A stretch of DNA of 64,000 bases from Candidatus Latescibacterota bacterium (GTDB lineage: Bacteria > Latescibacterota > UBA2968 > UBA8231). A program made the translations under genes and the position numbers. Shown piece after piece: positions 36,586-46,084 of the stretch. Position 1 is the stretch's first letter. Every line of letters begins with the position of its first letter. The notes below the pieces were generated by a model, which had not been told where the DNA came from, made no database searches, and saw nothing but the letters and a program-made list of their open reading frames with translations. The stretch spans positions 224,001 through 288,000 of the forward strand of contig CBDETY010000003.1 of the NCBI GenBank assembly GCA_965243025.1, written 5' to 3'.

Positions 36586-37560
36586 ATGAAGCTGATCACC
36601 TACACCTCCAAGAAGGAAGAATACGTCGGCGCCGTCATCGCCCAGGACAAGATCGTCGTCCCTCTCGATGCCGCCGACCGCGCCCTGGCGCGGAAGGAGA
36701 AGCGCCAGCCGGCCGGCTGTTTCGACAGCATGCTGTCCCTGCTGGGAGCAGGCGCGAGAGGCATGTCCGCGGCGCGCAAGGCGGTAAAGGCGGTTGAGGA
36801 CGGCCTGGGGGATTCGCCCAAGGCCGACGGCAAGACCACGCTGCCCCTGACGCGGGTGCGCCTCAAGGCCCCGGTGCCCAACCCCCGCAAGTTGTTCTGC
36901 CTCGCCGGCAACTACCAGGACCACATCGAGGAGGGGGGCGGCAAGATGGCCCTGCAGGACAAGGAAACGCCCCGCGTCTTCATGAAGCCGCCCACGACCA
37001 CCGTCATCGGTCCGGGCGACACCATCCGCATACCGCCGGTCGCCCGGTCAATCGACTGGGAGGGAGAGCTGGCGGTGGTCATCGGCCGCCGCGCCAAGGG
37101 GGTGAAAGCGGCCGACGCCCTCAAGCACGTCGCCGGCTACACGGTCATGAACGACGTCTCCGAGCGCAGCCTCCTCATAAAGAAGCGCACCAAGAGCCGC
37201 CCCAAGGACGAATGGTTCGACTGGCTCAACGGAAAGTGGCTCGACACCTTCGCCCCCCAGGGGCCGTGGATGGTGACCTCCGACGAGATCACCAACCCCC
37301 AGGACCTCAACATCAGCACCTACGTCAACGGGCTGCGCAAGCAGTTCAACAACACCGGCCAGATGCTCTACCCGGTGGCGAGCATCGTCGAGTACATCTC
37401 GGCGATAATCACCCTCGAGCCGGGGGACATCATCAGTACGGGAACGATCTCCGGCGTCGGCGCCACCACCGGCTCCTTCCTCAGCGACGGGGACCGGGTC
37501 GAGATCGAGATCTCGCGTATCGGGGTGCTGCGCAACAACGTCGGCGACAGCAAGACGTAA
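36586..37560 (+). CDS. Fumarylacetoacetate hydrolase family protein
   Basis: GNY.DH, DWEGEL, NDVSER, GK..DTF, LEPGDII.TGT. Confidence 0.92.
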   Translation: MKLITYTSKKEEYVGAVIAQDKIVVPLDAADRALARKEKRQPAGCFDSMLSLLGAGARGMSAARKAVKAVEDGLGDSPKADGKTTLPLTRVRLKAPVPNPRKLFCLAGNYQDHIEEGGGKMALQDKETPRVFMKPPTTTVIGPGDTIRIPPVARSIDWEGELAVVIGRRAKGVKAADALKHVAGYTVMNDVSERSLLIKKRTKSRPKDEWFDWLNGKWLDTFAPQGPWMVTSDEITNPQDLNISTYVNGLRKQFNNTGQMLYPVASIVEYISAIITLEPGDIISTGTISGVGATTGSFLSDGDRVEIEISRIGVLRNNVGDSKT

Positions 37561-37611
37561 AGGGAACGCCTCGATCCCGCCAGGGGCGCCCGAAGACCTT
37601 CCGATGAGACA

Positions 37612-38838
37612 GTGACGGACCAGGACGCGCGCGGCACGGCTTCGCCGGTCGCCCCCGGGCTCGCGAGCCGTGCCTTCGCCGTCCTCTGCGCCGTCTCCTT
37701 TCTCAGCCACTTCACCGCCGCTCCCTTCGCCACCCTGCTGCCGGTCTACGTCGAGGCCGACGTCGGCGCCAGGCCGCTGTTCACCGGGTACCTGCGCACC
37801 CTGATGTTCGCCCTGGGGGGCGTCTTCGCCGTGGTCGGCGGCCGCCTGTGCGACCTGTTCGGCCTGAAGCCGATGCTGCTGGTCGGACTGGCCGGATCGA
37901 TCGCCGCCGGCCTGGCATTCCAGAGCACCGACTTCCGCATACTGACCTTCTTCGTGGTGCTCGCCGGAATCGCCGCCGGACCGATGAGCGCCGCCGGCCA
38001 GAGCTACCTCATCGCCTCGGCGGGGTCCGAACGCCTCGGTCTCGGAGGAGCCCTGTTCTTCCTCACCTTTACCCTCGGAAGCTCGGCGGGCAGCCTCTGC
38101 ACCGGCCTGGTGAAACCGCTGTGGAGCTTTCAGCAGATCGGCGCCGTCATGGCGGCCGCAGCGGCCGCCGTGGTCCTCGCCGCCATGCTGCTGCTTCCCG
38201 ATTTCTCCGGGCCGCCCCGGGGGCGGGAGAAGCTGTCGCTGTGGCGCGCCTACCGGCCTCTGCTGAGGCGGCGGGAGGTCCACCTCCTCGTCGGCATGCG
38301 CCTGGGAATCACCTCGTTCTGGGGGATGGCGATCCTGGTGCTGCCGCTGCTGGTGTTTCGGGTCAGCGGCAGCGCCGCGGCGGCGGCCTGGTACGGGGCC
38401 GTCTCCCTGGCCGCGGCCGCTGTCTGCCAGGTCGCCGCCGGCTGGCTGCGGGACCGCTACGGACGCACCCGGCCGCTGCTGGTCTCGGCTGCCGGCGTCG
38501 CCGCCTGCGCGCTCTGCCTGGGGTTCGGGGCCGGTTCCCTGACCGGGCTGTTCCTGTTCGGCACGGGACTGGCGGCGGCCGCCTGGGGGGTCTCGGTGCT
38601 GGTCCCGGGTCTGATCGACGAAGTGGCCCCGGCCGCTGAGAAGAACCGGCTCGTCGGACTGGGCCACCTCGCCTGGAGCGCCGCGATGGCCCTCGGAGGC
38701 CTGGCCGGCGGCCTGCTGGTGGAGGTCGATCCGGGGCTGCCGTTCTTCACCGGCGCCGCGCTCTCCCTGGCGGGAGGCGCCTGCCTGTACGGACTCTGCC
38801 GCCGGCTCGACCGGATGCGGCGGCCGGCCGCCGCCTGA
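37612..38838 (+). CDS. MFS transporter
   Basis: About 12 hydrophobic segments; motif A GRLCDLFGLK and GWLRDRYGR. Confidence 0.88.
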   Translation: MTDQDARGTASPVAPGLASRAFAVLCAVSFLSHFTAAPFATLLPVYVEADVGARPLFTGYLRTLMFALGGVFAVVGGRLCDLFGLKPMLLVGLAGSIAAGLAFQSTDFRILTFFVVLAGIAAGPMSAAGQSYLIASAGSERLGLGGALFFLTFTLGSSAGSLCTGLVKPLWSFQQIGAVMAAAAAAVVLAAMLLLPDFSGPPRGREKLSLWRAYRPLLRRREVHLLVGMRLGITSFWGMAILVLPLLVFRVSGSAAAAAWYGAVSLAAAAVCQVAAGWLRDRYGRTRPLLVSAAGVAACALCLGFGAGSLTGLFLFGTGLAAAAWGVSVLVPGLIDEVAPAAEKNRLVGLGHLAWSAAMALGGLAGGLLVEVDPGLPFFTGAALSLAGGACLYGLCRRLDRMRRPAAA

Positions 38839-38851
38839 CACCGGGAGACCC

Positions 38852-40033
38852 GTGCGCAAGGCCCTCCTCTTCCTCATCGCCGTCGGCCACTTCTGCGTCG
38901 ACTCGTACGCCCAGATGCTGGCCCCGGTGCTGCCCCTCGTCATCAGCCGGCTCGGGCTCTCCCTGACCTCGGCCGGCTTCCTCGGCACCATCACCTCGCT
39001 CTGCAGCCTGTCGCAGCCGCTGCTGGGAGTGTGGGCCGACGGCATGCGCCGGCGCTACCTCGTGCTGGCCGGACTGCTCATGGCCGGCCTGTTCACCCCG
39101 ATGCTAGGCATCGTCCCCAACTACGCCGCGCTGCTGGTCGTGCTCTGTCTCGGCGGCCTCGGGGTCGCCGCCTTTCACCCCCAGGTGTTCTCACTCGCCG
39201 GCGAGCTCAGCGGCCACAGGCGCTCCTTCGGCATCGCCCTGTTCGTGTTCGGCGGCACCCTCGGCCTCGGCTGCTCGCCGCTCTGGGTTCCCTGGTTCGC
39301 CACCGAGATCGGCCTGGAGTGGCTGCCGGTTGCCGGCCTTCCCGCGCTCCTGTTCGCCCTGCTGATCTGGCGCTTCGTCCCTCTCGACAATCCCCACGTG
39401 ATCCACGGACAGCGGGGCTCGCTGCGCGCCAGCCTCGAGGGCCGGAAGCGGATCCTGCTGCTGATGACGGTGGTCGTCATCCTGCGCTCGGTCACCGGGC
39501 TGGGCTTCGGGTTCTTCATCCCGGTGCTGTCCGAGGCGCGCGGCCTCGACCTCGTACAAGGGGGAGTGCCGCTCTCCATTTACAACCTCGCCGGCGTCGC
39601 CGGGGCGCTGCTGTTCGGCTATCTCGGGGACCGCCTCGACCGAAAGCCGCTGGTCTGGGGATCGATCCTCGCCGCGGCTCCCTCCCTCTACGGCTACCTC
39701 CACAGCGACGGCCTCGCCGCCTACGTGTTCCTGGCGATCGGGGGCGCCATGGTGATGGCCTCCAACTCGCTGCTGGTCGCCATGGCCCAGGAGCTGGTGC
39801 CGAAAAGCTCCGGCCTGGCCTCGAGCCTTCCTCTCGGGTTCAGCTGGGGGGTCGCGGGACTGACGCTGACGCCGATCGGCTACCTGGCCGAACGGGAAGG
39901 GGTGGAGTCCGCCCTTACCCTGCTGGCGGTCCTGCCGGTCGCAACGGCGTTTCTCGCCCTTTTCCTGCCGTCGGGCCGCAGCCTTCAGGCCGGCGGGGAG
40001 GGGGATTCCTCAGGAGAAGCTGCGCGAGCCTAG
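38852..40033 (+). CDS. MFS transporter (Fsr-like)
   Basis: HFCVDSY, QPLLG.WAD, GVAAFHP, GYLGDRLDRK. Confidence 0.88.
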   Translation: MRKALLFLIAVGHFCVDSYAQMLAPVLPLVISRLGLSLTSAGFLGTITSLCSLSQPLLGVWADGMRRRYLVLAGLLMAGLFTPMLGIVPNYAALLVVLCLGGLGVAAFHPQVFSLAGELSGHRRSFGIALFVFGGTLGLGCSPLWVPWFATEIGLEWLPVAGLPALLFALLIWRFVPLDNPHVIHGQRGSLRASLEGRKRILLLMTVVVILRSVTGLGFGFFIPVLSEARGLDLVQGGVPLSIYNLAGVAGALLFGYLGDRLDRKPLVWGSILAAAPSLYGYLHSDGLAAYVFLAIGGAMVMASNSLLVAMAQELVPKSSGLASSLPLGFSWGVAGLTLTPIGYLAEREGVESALTLLAVLPVATAFLALFLPSGRSLQAGGEGDSSGEAARA

Positions 40034-40049
40034 CGCCGGGCGGAAGTCC

Positions 40050-41204
40050 TTACAACCCGGCAAGGCCCTGCTCGAAATCGGCGATCAGGTCGGCGGCGGA
40101 CTCGATGCCGACAGCCACCCGCACGAGGCCGCCGCCGATTCCCAGGGACTGCCGCTCCGCTTCCGACAGACCTGAGTGAGAGGTCGTTGCAGGACGGGTG
40201 ATCAGGGTCTCGACGCCCCCGAGGCTGGGGGCGGATGCCGGGATCCGCAGCCGTTCGAGCAGCTTCTCCGCGGCCGGCTGCCCGCCGCGAAGCTCGAAGC
40301 TCAGGACTCCACCGAACCCCGCGAACAGCCGCGCCCCCCGCTCGTGATGGGGATGCGAGGCCAGCCCGGGGTAGTTCACCCGCGCCACCGCCCCGCTGCG
40401 CTCGAGCATCCCGGCGACGGCCGCGGCGCTGGCGTTCTGGTGCCGCACCCGCAGCGCCATCGTCTTCAACCCCCGGTGCAGAAGGAAGCAGGCGTGGGGG
40501 TCGAGGGTGGCCCCGAGGTGGTTGAGCCGGCGGCCGATCCGGGAGATCAGTTTGCGGTCGGCAACAACGCAGCCGGCGACGATGTCCGAGTGGCCGTTCA
40601 GGTACTTGGTGGCGCTGTGGATCTCGACGTCGAACCCGAGTTGCAGGGGCCCGAAGTTGACCGGGGTGCCGAAGGTGTTGTCGATGATGGAAACCAGTCC
40701 GCGCCTGCGCGCGAATGCCGCCACCGCTTCGAGATCGGCGACCTCCAGCAGCGGGTTGGTCATGGTCTCGACGTAGATGGCGCGCGTCCGCGCGGTCGCC
40801 GTTTTATCCCAGGTGTCGGGGCGGTTGCCGTCGATGAAGTCCACCCGGAGCCCGAAGTCGGGAAGGTCGCCGGTGAACAGGCTGTGGGTGCCCCCGTACA
40901 GGCAGCTCTGCGCCAGCAGGCCGTCCCCCGCCTTCAGCAGCCCCATCAGGGTCGCGGCGATCGCCGCCATCCCCGAGGAGGTGACGACCGCCGCCTCGCC
41001 CCCGCAGACCTTCGCGAGCTTGGCGTGCAGGACGCGGTGATTGGGGCTGTTGTTCAGCCGCAGGTAGCGGATCTCTTCGTATTCCGTTTCACCCGCCGAC
41101 AGGTAAGTGGCGCTCTGAAAAACGGGGAGGACCACCGAGCCCTCGATCTTTTCCTCCTCGCCCGTATGGACGAGGTCTGTCTCGATATGGCGCTTTTCGC
41201 TCAT
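40050..41204 (-). CDS. PLP-dependent Cys/Met transsulfuration enzyme (cystathionine gamma-synthase/lyase, methionine gamma-lyase family)
   Basis: SSGMAAI, YGGT, DNTF, HSATKYLNGHSD, SLGGVET; ATGA overlap with the upstream gene. Confidence 0.92.
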   Translation of the reverse strand: MSEKRHIETDLVHTGEEEKIEGSVVLPVFQSATYLSAGETEYEEIRYLRLNNSPNHRVLHAKLAKVCGGEAAVVTSSGMAAIAATLMGLLKAGDGLLAQSCLYGGTHSLFTGDLPDFGLRVDFIDGNRPDTWDKTATARTRAIYVETMTNPLLEVADLEAVAAFARRRGLVSIIDNTFGTPVNFGPLQLGFDVEIHSATKYLNGHSDIVAGCVVADRKLISRIGRRLNHLGATLDPHACFLLHRGLKTMALRVRHQNASAAAVAGMLERSGAVARVNYPGLASHPHHERGARLFAGFGGVLSFELRGGQPAAEKLLERLRIPASAPSLGGVETLITRPATTSHSGLSEAERQSLGIGGGLVRVAVGIESAADLIADFEQGLAGL

Positions 41205-43336
41205 GTCCCGGGAATGTACTTGTCGAGGAGGTGTTCGTAGATGGCGACGAAATCGCCGCGTCCGTTGCTGCGGTTGTAGAAGAAGCAGAACGGGTTGGGG
41301 TTGATTTCGAGAATGCTCAGGCCCCCGGGGCCGTCGATGACGTCGATGGCGTAGAACCCGAGCCGGATCACATCGGCGGCGCGCCGGGTGAGCTCGGCCA
41401 TCGCCGCAAGCAGGGGACCTTCCCCGACCCTGACGGCGCGCCCGCTGGCGTGGTGCAGGGGGTTGAGGCCGCCCCCGCCGATCTCGTCGCTGGTCTTCTC
41501 GTAGGCGAGCAGCAGTTCCGCTTCGCTGGCGACGATGCGGTACTCCGCTCCTTCGACGAAGGCCTGGACCAGCAGGGTGTTTTCGAGAAAACCCCCGCCG
41601 GTGAACAGGTTCTCCAGGCGCCTCGAAGCCCCCTCCCGGCAGCGTTCCAGGTAGACTCCCTGGGAGACCGAGGCCCGCGGCTTCTTGATGAGCAGCGGAT
41701 ACGGAATGCGTTGTTCGATGTCGTCGAGCATTTCCTCGACGCTGGCGTGGGTCTGGTAGCGGTGAAAGCGGTCGTCGGCGTACGGGTTGAACACCTGCAT
41801 CGAGCAGGGGACCGGCAGTCCTGCGGCGGCGAAGAGCTCGTGCTGGTAGCCCTTGTCCCCGGCCAGCCTGGCGGCGGCATAGTCGTTGAACGGGTGGCGG
41901 TTGCGCAGGAAGTAGAACGGCCTCCCCGCCTCGTTTACCCGCAGGAGGTTGCCGTTGCCCGAAACCCTCTCGCACTCGAGCCGGCGCCTCCGGCAGGCGA
42001 TTTCGACGCACTCGAGGCTTTCCAGGGCGACCTCTTCGGTGATCCCCTCGGTTTCGCACGGGAGCCGGAAATGCTCGCGCGCCCGCGCCACCAGGGCCAG
42101 CGACCCGGTGACGCAGACCGGAAGCTCGCCGGAAGCGGCGGCCTCGAAGGCACGGGGAAGAGGCTCGACGGTTGACGGGATCCCGGCGGGGAGGTGGCCC
42201 AGCAGGATCTCGGGGGGCCGGGCCCTGGGGTGGCCGGAGGAGGTGGCGATCACCTGTCCCGCAAGAGGCGCCAGACAGTCGAGGATGGCGCCGGCGTCGT
42301 GGCCGCCCCCGACCCCGACGACGAAGCTCCACTTCGGATGCAGGGCGCGAAGGTCATCCGCGAGGCCGGAGGCGGCGGCGCGGTTGTGAGCGCCGTCGAG
42401 CAGGACCAGCGGTTCCCCGTCGCGCTCGACCGCCTCGAAGCGGCCGGGCCACTCGTGCCGGGCGATCGCAGCCTCCGCCTCCGCGGGTACCAGGCGGTTC
42501 CCCAGCAGGAAGGCCGCGGCGGCCAGGGCCAGGCGCGCGTTGGCCGCGTGCGTTCCGGGCCGCAGACCCTGCCCCCGCGGGCAGGCCGGGTACGCCGCCT
42601 CGGGGCCGCAGTCCGACGGGCCGGGGGGAGGGAGCACACCTTCCGGGGCCGCTGTGTAGAGAGGCACTCCCTCGGATTCGCAGTGGCGGCGGATTTTTCC
42701 TGAAACCCCGGCCTCGTGGGAATCGGTGGTGAACAGCGGGCGCCCGGGTCTCGCGATGCAGAGCTTGTCCGCGGCGATCTCCAGGACGTCCTCCCCCAGG
42801 ACGTCGGCGTGGTCGACGGAGATGCTGGTTAGAACCGAGAGCTCGTGGTCCCAGGCGTTGGTGGCGTCGCAGCGCCCCCCGAGGCCGACCTCGAAAAGCC
42901 CGTACTCCACTCCGGCGGCCGAGAACAGGTGGGCGGCGAGCCCGGTAAGCGCCTCGAATTTCGAGAAGCCGCCGAACCCCTCGGCGTCGAAGCCGCGGGT
43001 CGCCTCGTACAGGAAGGTCACCGCGTCGGCCCACTCGTCGGCGCCGAGCAGCTTCCCGTCGACCTGGATGCGTTCCCGCTGGGTGTGCAGGTGGGGGGAG
43101 GTGTAGAGCCCGGTCCTGCCGCCGCCTCGGAGCAGCGCCTCGAGAAGGCTGGCAACCGTGCCCTTGCCGTTGGTCCCCCCGACGATGATCGAGCGGAAGT
43201 CGTTCTGCGGGTTCCCCAGCCGGCGCAGCAGCGCCCTGGTGCGGGGCAGGTAGTGGTGCAGGGGACCGGCAGGAGGGCGCCCCCGCTCCCAGTCGGGCAG
43301 GGTGTCGAGGAATTTCCTGGCTTCCGGGTATTCCAT
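41201..43336 (-). CDS. FolC (folylpolyglutamate synthase-like Mur ligase) fused to a C-terminal RimK-like ATP-grasp domain
   Basis: GTNGKGT, YTSPHL, EVGLGG..DATN, WPGRF, LDGAHN and TGSL, followed by DK..., YPLLIK, VQAFV, EYR, AIDVI and LEINPNP. Confidence 0.88.
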   Translation of the reverse strand: MEYPEARKFLDTLPDWERGRPPAGPLHHYLPRTRALLRRLGNPQNDFRSIIVGGTNGKGTVASLLEALLRGGGRTGLYTSPHLHTQRERIQVDGKLLGADEWADAVTFLYEATRGFDAEGFGGFSKFEALTGLAAHLFSAAGVEYGLFEVGLGGRCDATNAWDHELSVLTSISVDHADVLGEDVLEIAADKLCIARPGRPLFTTDSHEAGVSGKIRRHCESEGVPLYTAAPEGVLPPPGPSDCGPEAAYPACPRGQGLRPGTHAANARLALAAAAFLLGNRLVPAEAEAAIARHEWPGRFEAVERDGEPLVLLDGAHNRAAASGLADDLRALHPKWSFVVGVGGGHDAGAILDCLAPLAGQVIATSSGHPRARPPEILLGHLPAGIPSTVEPLPRAFEAAASGELPVCVTGSLALVARAREHFRLPCETEGITEEVALESLECVEIACRRRRLECERVSGNGNLLRVNEAGRPFYFLRNRHPFNDYAAARLAGDKGYQHELFAAAGLPVPCSMQVFNPYADDRFHRYQTHASVEEMLDDIEQRIPYPLLIKKPRASVSQGVYLERCREGASRRLENLFTGGGFLENTLLVQAFVEGAEYRIVASEAELLLAYEKTSDEIGGGGLNPLHHASGRAVRVGEGPLLAAMAELTRRAADVIRLGFYAIDVIDGPGGLSILEINPNPFCFFYNRSNGRGDFVAIYEHLLDKYIPGT

Positions 43337-43409
43337 CTTCTGTCAGGTCAGCGGACGTAAATCGCCGCCCGGGGGGCTGTCGTCATGGCGCCCCGGAATT
43401 TCGGGGCAA

Positions 43410-43766
43410 GGTATTTCGAGGCACGGTATTTCGAGGCGCGTCACACACTGTTAGTCACAACGCCTTCCCAGAGCGCCGACCTCATCCGGAATCCCTGGCC
43501 CTTCGCCGCAGGCGAACGGTATTTCGAGGCGCGTCACACACTGTTTATCACAACGCCTCACAGAGCGCCGCCCTCATCCGGAATCCGTGGCCGTTCGCCG
43601 TCAGGCGAACGGTATTGGGAGGCGCGTCACACACTGTATATCCCAACCCCTCACAGAGCGCCGCCCTCATCCGGAACCCCTGGCCGTTCGCCGCAGGCGA
43701 ACGGTACTTCGAGGCGCGTCACACACTGTTAAATCACAACGCCTTCCCAGAGCGCCGCCGTCATCC
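43410..43766. repeat. Tandem array of about 3.7 structured 92-93 bp units
   Basis: Anchor gaggcgcgtcacacactg at 43433, 43526, 43619 and 43711; internal palindrome ccgttcgccgcaggcgaacgg. Confidence 0.95.
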
Positions 43767-44804
43767 ACCCCGGGTGTGCATCTCGCGATGCGGGTCGACC
43801 TTCAATTCCTCGACGTGATAGAGCGCTCCCCGCGTCGGCTCGTTCAGCCGCTCCTCGGCGCCGCGGTCCCTGCGGCCCTCCCAGACGCGGCGGATCTGCG
43901 CGACCAGATCCCGGTGCGTGAGCCCGTCCCGCAGCCACTCGCGCAGATTGTACCCCTCGTTGGCGTACAGGCAGAGGTACCACATTCCGTCGGCGGTGAC
44001 GCGGCTGCGGTCGCAAGTGGCGCAGAACGGCTCGGTGGTGGAGGCGATGATGCCGAAACAGGTGCCGTCGGGAAGGTGAAAGCGCTCCGCCGGGGCCGCC
44101 CCCCGGCCCGGAACCTCCGCGATGGCGCCGTAGTGCCCCTCCAGGCGCGCGAGGATGTCCGCCTTGGAGAAGACCCGCTCCATCGACCAGAGGGTGGCCC
44201 CGCCGACGTCCATGTACTCGATGAAGCGGACCTCGGCCCCGACCTGCCTGCCGAACTCGATCAGGTCGACGACCTCGTCGTCGTTGAACCCCCGCATGAT
44301 GACGGTGTTGATCTTGATGTCGGAGAAGGCGACGCGGGCGGCCTCGCGGATGCCGGTGAGAACGCGGTCCAGGACTACCCGCCGGGTCAGGGTTTCGAAG
44401 CGGGCGGGATTGAGGGTGTCGAGACTCACCGTTACCCGGCTGAGCCCGGCGTCGTGCAGGGGTTCGGCCCATTTGGCCAGCTGCGTCGCGTTCGTCGTCA
44501 TCGCCAGGTCCTCGACCCCGGGGCGCCGTGCCAGGCGCGCGACGAGGTCGACGAGGCCTCCGCGCAGCAGCGGCTCCCCGCCGGTCAGGCGCACCTTGCG
44601 CACCCCGAGCTCTCCGAAGGCGTCGACGGTTCGCTCGATCTCGTCGAAGGAGAGGATGTCCTCCTTCGGCAGCCAGGTGTAATCCTCCTCCGGCATGCAG
44701 TAGGCGCAGCGCAGGTCGCAGCGGTCGATGACGGAGAGGCGGAGACTTTCGAGGGGGCGGCCGAAGAGATCGTGCGCAGGGCCGGGGTTGGTGTTTGGGC
44801 TCAT
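43761..44804 (-). CDS. moaA: GTP 3',8-cyclase (radical SAM)
   Basis: LRLSVIDRCDLRCAYCM, LTGGEP, FIEYM, FCATCDRSR..CL, C-terminal GG. Confidence 0.96.
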   Translation of the reverse strand: MSPNTNPGPAHDLFGRPLESLRLSVIDRCDLRCAYCMPEEDYTWLPKEDILSFDEIERTVDAFGELGVRKVRLTGGEPLLRGGLVDLVARLARRPGVEDLAMTTNATQLAKWAEPLHDAGLSRVTVSLDTLNPARFETLTRRVVLDRVLTGIREAARVAFSDIKINTVIMRGFNDDEVVDLIEFGRQVGAEVRFIEYMDVGGATLWSMERVFSKADILARLEGHYGAIAEVPGRGAAPAERFHLPDGTCFGIIASTTEPFCATCDRSRVTADGMWYLCLYANEGYNLREWLRDGLTHRDLVAQIRRVWEGRRDRGAEERLNEPTRGALYHVEELKVDPHREMHTRGG

Positions 44805-45130
44805 GCGGTAGAAACGGGATGATCAGAGGTGCGAGATCGACGCGCCGCGAACCGTGGAGGGACCGCGTCGAAGGGGTGGTTGATCCGGCTGGCGATTCAT
44901 CGGTCCGCGGCCTTCCACAAGCCTGTCGAAAGGACCATTCGGGCTGCTAAGTCGAGAAAGGACAGGAATATACGGACTGCCACCGGGCCGGCAATCCGGT
45001 TGCGACCCCACCCTGCGGGGGGCATATTAAGGGCCCGCCGAGGCGCGGCATGGCTGGCCAGACCCGGCCACGGCGGTTCCGCCTCGACGATCTCCATCCA
45101 TCCCGGTTCAGTCACCCCTCCAGAAAGCCG

Positions 45131-46084
45131 ATGGCGAACCCCGAAACCGAACGCCTCGAGAAGATGCTGCGCGAGCAGCAGTACGTCGCCGATCCGGCCA
45201 TCGCCATGTCCCTGCACCTGGCGCGGACCCTGAACAAGCCGCTCCTCGTGGAGGGGCCGGCGGGGGTCGGCAAGACCGAGATCGCCAAGGTGATGGCGCG
45301 CGCTCTCGATACCGACCTGATCCGCCTGCAGTGCTACGAGGGCCTCGACACCAGCACCGCCCTGTACGAGTGGAACTACCAGCGCCAGCTCCTCCAGATC
45401 CGCCTCGAAGAGGGGGGAGAGCGCACCCTCGACGAGCGCCAGTCCCACATCTTCAGCGAGGCGTTCCTGCTAAAGCGGCCGCTGCTCGAGGCGATCACCC
45501 ACCACCGGCCCCCGGTTCTGCTGATCGACGAGCTCGACCGCGCCGACGAGGAGTTCGAGTCGTTCCTGCTCGAGGTGCTGTCCGACTGGCAGATCTCGAT
45601 CCCGGAGGTCGGAACCATCGCCGCGACCCACGTCCCCCACGTCGTCATCACCTCCAACCGCACCCGCGAGCTCTCCGACGCCATTCGCCGGCGCTGCCTC
45701 TACCTGTGGATCGACTACCCGGAATTCGACAAGGAGCTGGCGATCGTGCGCGGCAAGGTCGACGGCCTCGACGCGCAGCTCGCCGACCAGATCTGCCGCT
45801 TCATGGCGCTGGTGCGGCGGCAGAAGCTCGAGAAGGTGCCCGGCGTCGCCGAGACCCTGGACTGGGCAAAGGCGCTGGTCGCCCTGCACCGCAACCACCT
45901 CGATCCCGGGATCGTCGAGGAGACGCTCGGGGTGGTGTTCAAGGACTGGACCGACGTGCGCCAGATGCAGAAGTCCCTGCCCGAGTTCCTCGAGGAGCTC
46001 GGCATCCGCGCCAAGGCCCCGCCCGGAACCGGGCAGGCCCCGGAAGCGGGACAGCCCGCGGAGAGGACCGCCGGTGGCGGATAG
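45131..46084 (+). CDS. MoxR-family AAA+ ATPase (CoxD-like)
   Basis: EGPAGVGKT, RLQCYEG..ALYEWNY.RQ, LLIDELDRADEEFE, RRRCLY. Confidence 0.92.
   Translation: MANPETERLEKMLREQQYVADPAIAMSLHLARTLNKPLLVEGPAGVGKTEIAKVMARALDTDLIRLQCYEGLDTSTALYEWNYQRQLLQIRLEEGGERTLDERQSHIFSEAFLLKRPLLEAITHHRPPVLLIDELDRADEEFESFLLEVLSDWQISIPEVGTIAATHVPHVVITSNRTRELSDAIRRRCLYLWIDYPEFDKELAIVRGKVDGLDAQLADQICRFMALVRRQKLEKVPGVAETLDWAKALVALHRNHLDPGIVEETLGVVFKDWTDVRQMQKSLPEFLEELGIRAKAPPGTGQAPEAGQPAERTAGGG

Noticed and set aside
43385-43732. 115-aa ORF with repeated YFEARH
   Set aside because: It is a translation of the DNA repeat on the strand opposite the operon, and the 92-bp unit breaks the frame.
43410-43766. CRISPR array
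   Set aside because: Whole units are near-identical with no unique spacers, and there are no cas genes in the window.
44805-45130. Moco riboswitch upstream of moaA
   Set aside because: No recognisable consensus by eye; an Infernal search would be needed.
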